A stretch of DNA of 64,000 nucleotides from an uncultured Chloroflexia bacterium (GTDB lineage Bacteria; Chloroflexota; Limnocylindria; Limnocylindrales; CSP1-4). Location of the stretch: assembly GCA_963763775.1 (NCBI GenBank), contig CAVXPZ010000001.1, positions 288,001 to 352,000 of the forward strand, written 5' to 3'. The translations under genes were made by a program, and so were the position numbers. Under the pieces are notes generated by a model that saw only the letters and a program-made list of their open reading frames with translations, was not told the origin of the DNA and ran no database searches. Position 1 is the stretch's first letter; every line of letters starts with the position of its first letter. Positions 62,940 to 64,000 of the stretch are shown here, in pieces.

Positions 62940-64000
62940 TGTCGATCCTCCGCCTCGCCAAGGTGAGCCGGGAGGTCGGCGCGTTCGTCATCCTCGACGG
63001 CATCGAGGCCGCGATCGCCGCCGGCGACCGGATCGGCCTCGTCGGCCCCAATGGCGGCGGCAAGACGACGCTCCTTCGGCTCGCGGCCGGCCGTGACGAG
63101 CCGGATCGCGGCGAGGTCGTCCGCAAGCGCGGCCTGTCGATCGGGCTCCTGTCGCAGGAGGCGCACTTCGACGAGGTCCTGATGGCGGCGTCCGACCTGC
63201 GATCCGCGGTGCGGGCCGGGGCGGCGCATCTCGAGCGGATGGCGGCTTCGCTCGCCGAGTTCGAGCGCGACGGCCGCGTGACGGAGGCGGCCTACGCGAA
63301 CCTCCAGCACGAGTTCGAAGTGCTCGGCGGCTACACGCTCGACCAGCGCGTGGACGCGGCCCTGAGCGGTCTCGGGTTCGATCGCGACGAGTGGGCCAAG
63401 CCGCCGATGGCGATGTCCGGCGGCGAGCAGACGCGGGCCTCCCTCGCCCGGCTGGTCATCGCCGACCCGGACCTGCTGCTGCTCGACGAGCCGACGAACC
63501 ACCTCGACATCTCGGCGATCGAATGGCTCGAGGACCACCTCCGCAAGCGTCCCGGGTCGCTGCTGGTCGCGTCGCACGACCGGGCGTTCCTCGACGCGTC
63601 GGTGACGCGGATCTGGGAATTGCGGGACCGGCGGCTGACGGCCTTCCGCGGCGACTACAGCGCCTTCCACCGCCAGCGCGAGGAGCGCGATGCCCGGGCG
63701 ATCAAGGACGCCGACGTCACGGCCGAGTCGATCGCCCGCGAGCGCGAGCTCATCCAGCGCTACCGCAGCCACCGCAAGTTCAGCAAGCAGCACGAGCACG
63801 AGGCCCGGCTCGAGCGCCTGCTGGCGGAGCGGCAGGAGGCCCCGAGAGCGGGTCGCAAGCTCGCGATCCCGAACGCGTCACTCGCGGGTGGCGCCCCGAC
63901 CCGGTCCGGTGAGATCGTCGTCCGTGTGGAGGGCCTCGCCGTCGGCTACCTCCCGGGACGGGGCGCCATCGATGCCGACGGCGCCCCCGCCACCGAGTCG
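62939..64000 (+). CDS. ABC-F family ATPase (3' truncated by window)
   Basis: GLVGPNGGGKTT, MSGGEQTR, LLDEPTNHLD, SHDRAFLD; TGATG coupling to mutM. Confidence 0.9.
   Translation, partial: MSILRLAKVSREVGAFVILDGIEAAIAAGDRIGLVGPNGGGKTTLLRLAAGRDEPDRGEVVRKRGLSIGLLSQEAHFDEVLMAASDLRSAVRAGAAHLERMAASLAEFERDGRVTEAAYANLQHEFEVLGGYTLDQRVDAALSGLGFDRDEWAKPPMAMSGGEQTRASLARLVIADPDLLLLDEPTNHLDISAIEWLEDHLRKRPGSLLVASHDRAFLDASVTRIWELRDRRLTAFRGDYSAFHRQREERDARAIKDADVTAESIARERELIQRYRSHRKFSKQHEHEARLERLLAERQEAPRAGRKLAIPNASLAGGAPTRSGEIVVRVEGLAVGYLPGRGAIDADGAPATES

Overview
High-GC bacterial chromosome segment. The gene style suggests Chloroflexota, possibly Limnocylindria-like, but this is an unchecked inference. Core genes: the 3' end of groEL, pcrA/uvrD, ligA, gatC-gatA, gatB, dnaE, tRNA-Leu(CAA), polA, mutM and the start of an ABC-F gene. 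Accessory modules: a lipoprotein trio; a LacI/CelR-type cellobiose operon (ABC, GH94, unknown gene, GH1) with two palindromic operators; a BMP nucleoside ABC transporter divergent from nucleoside hydrolase-P450-SGNH; an ECF42-DGPF module with its promoter; a cupin-cyclase fusion; and a kinase plus class III PLP phospho-lyase-like pair. Many genes from about 10.7 to 37 kb carry single-base frameshifts, including essential gatA; these are most likely long-read indel errors. Two features stand out. (1) An ECF sigma/anti-sigma pair in which the anti-sigma has two tandem, atypical HxxH...CxxC zinc domains, and the motif CGGAACC-N16-CGTCT lies both upstream of the sigma gene and inside the anti-sigma linker just ahead of an in-frame ATG. 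This suggests a sigma-induced short anti-sigma isoform. (2) An integrase-free 5 kb island flanked by a 58-bp duplicate of the dnaE promoter and start. It is packed with repeated fragments of a few families: two immunity-like genes, two VOC remnants, two SAMxPxRWRGLLAA homologs and three members of an unrecognised family. No CRISPR array, transposase or integrase was seen.
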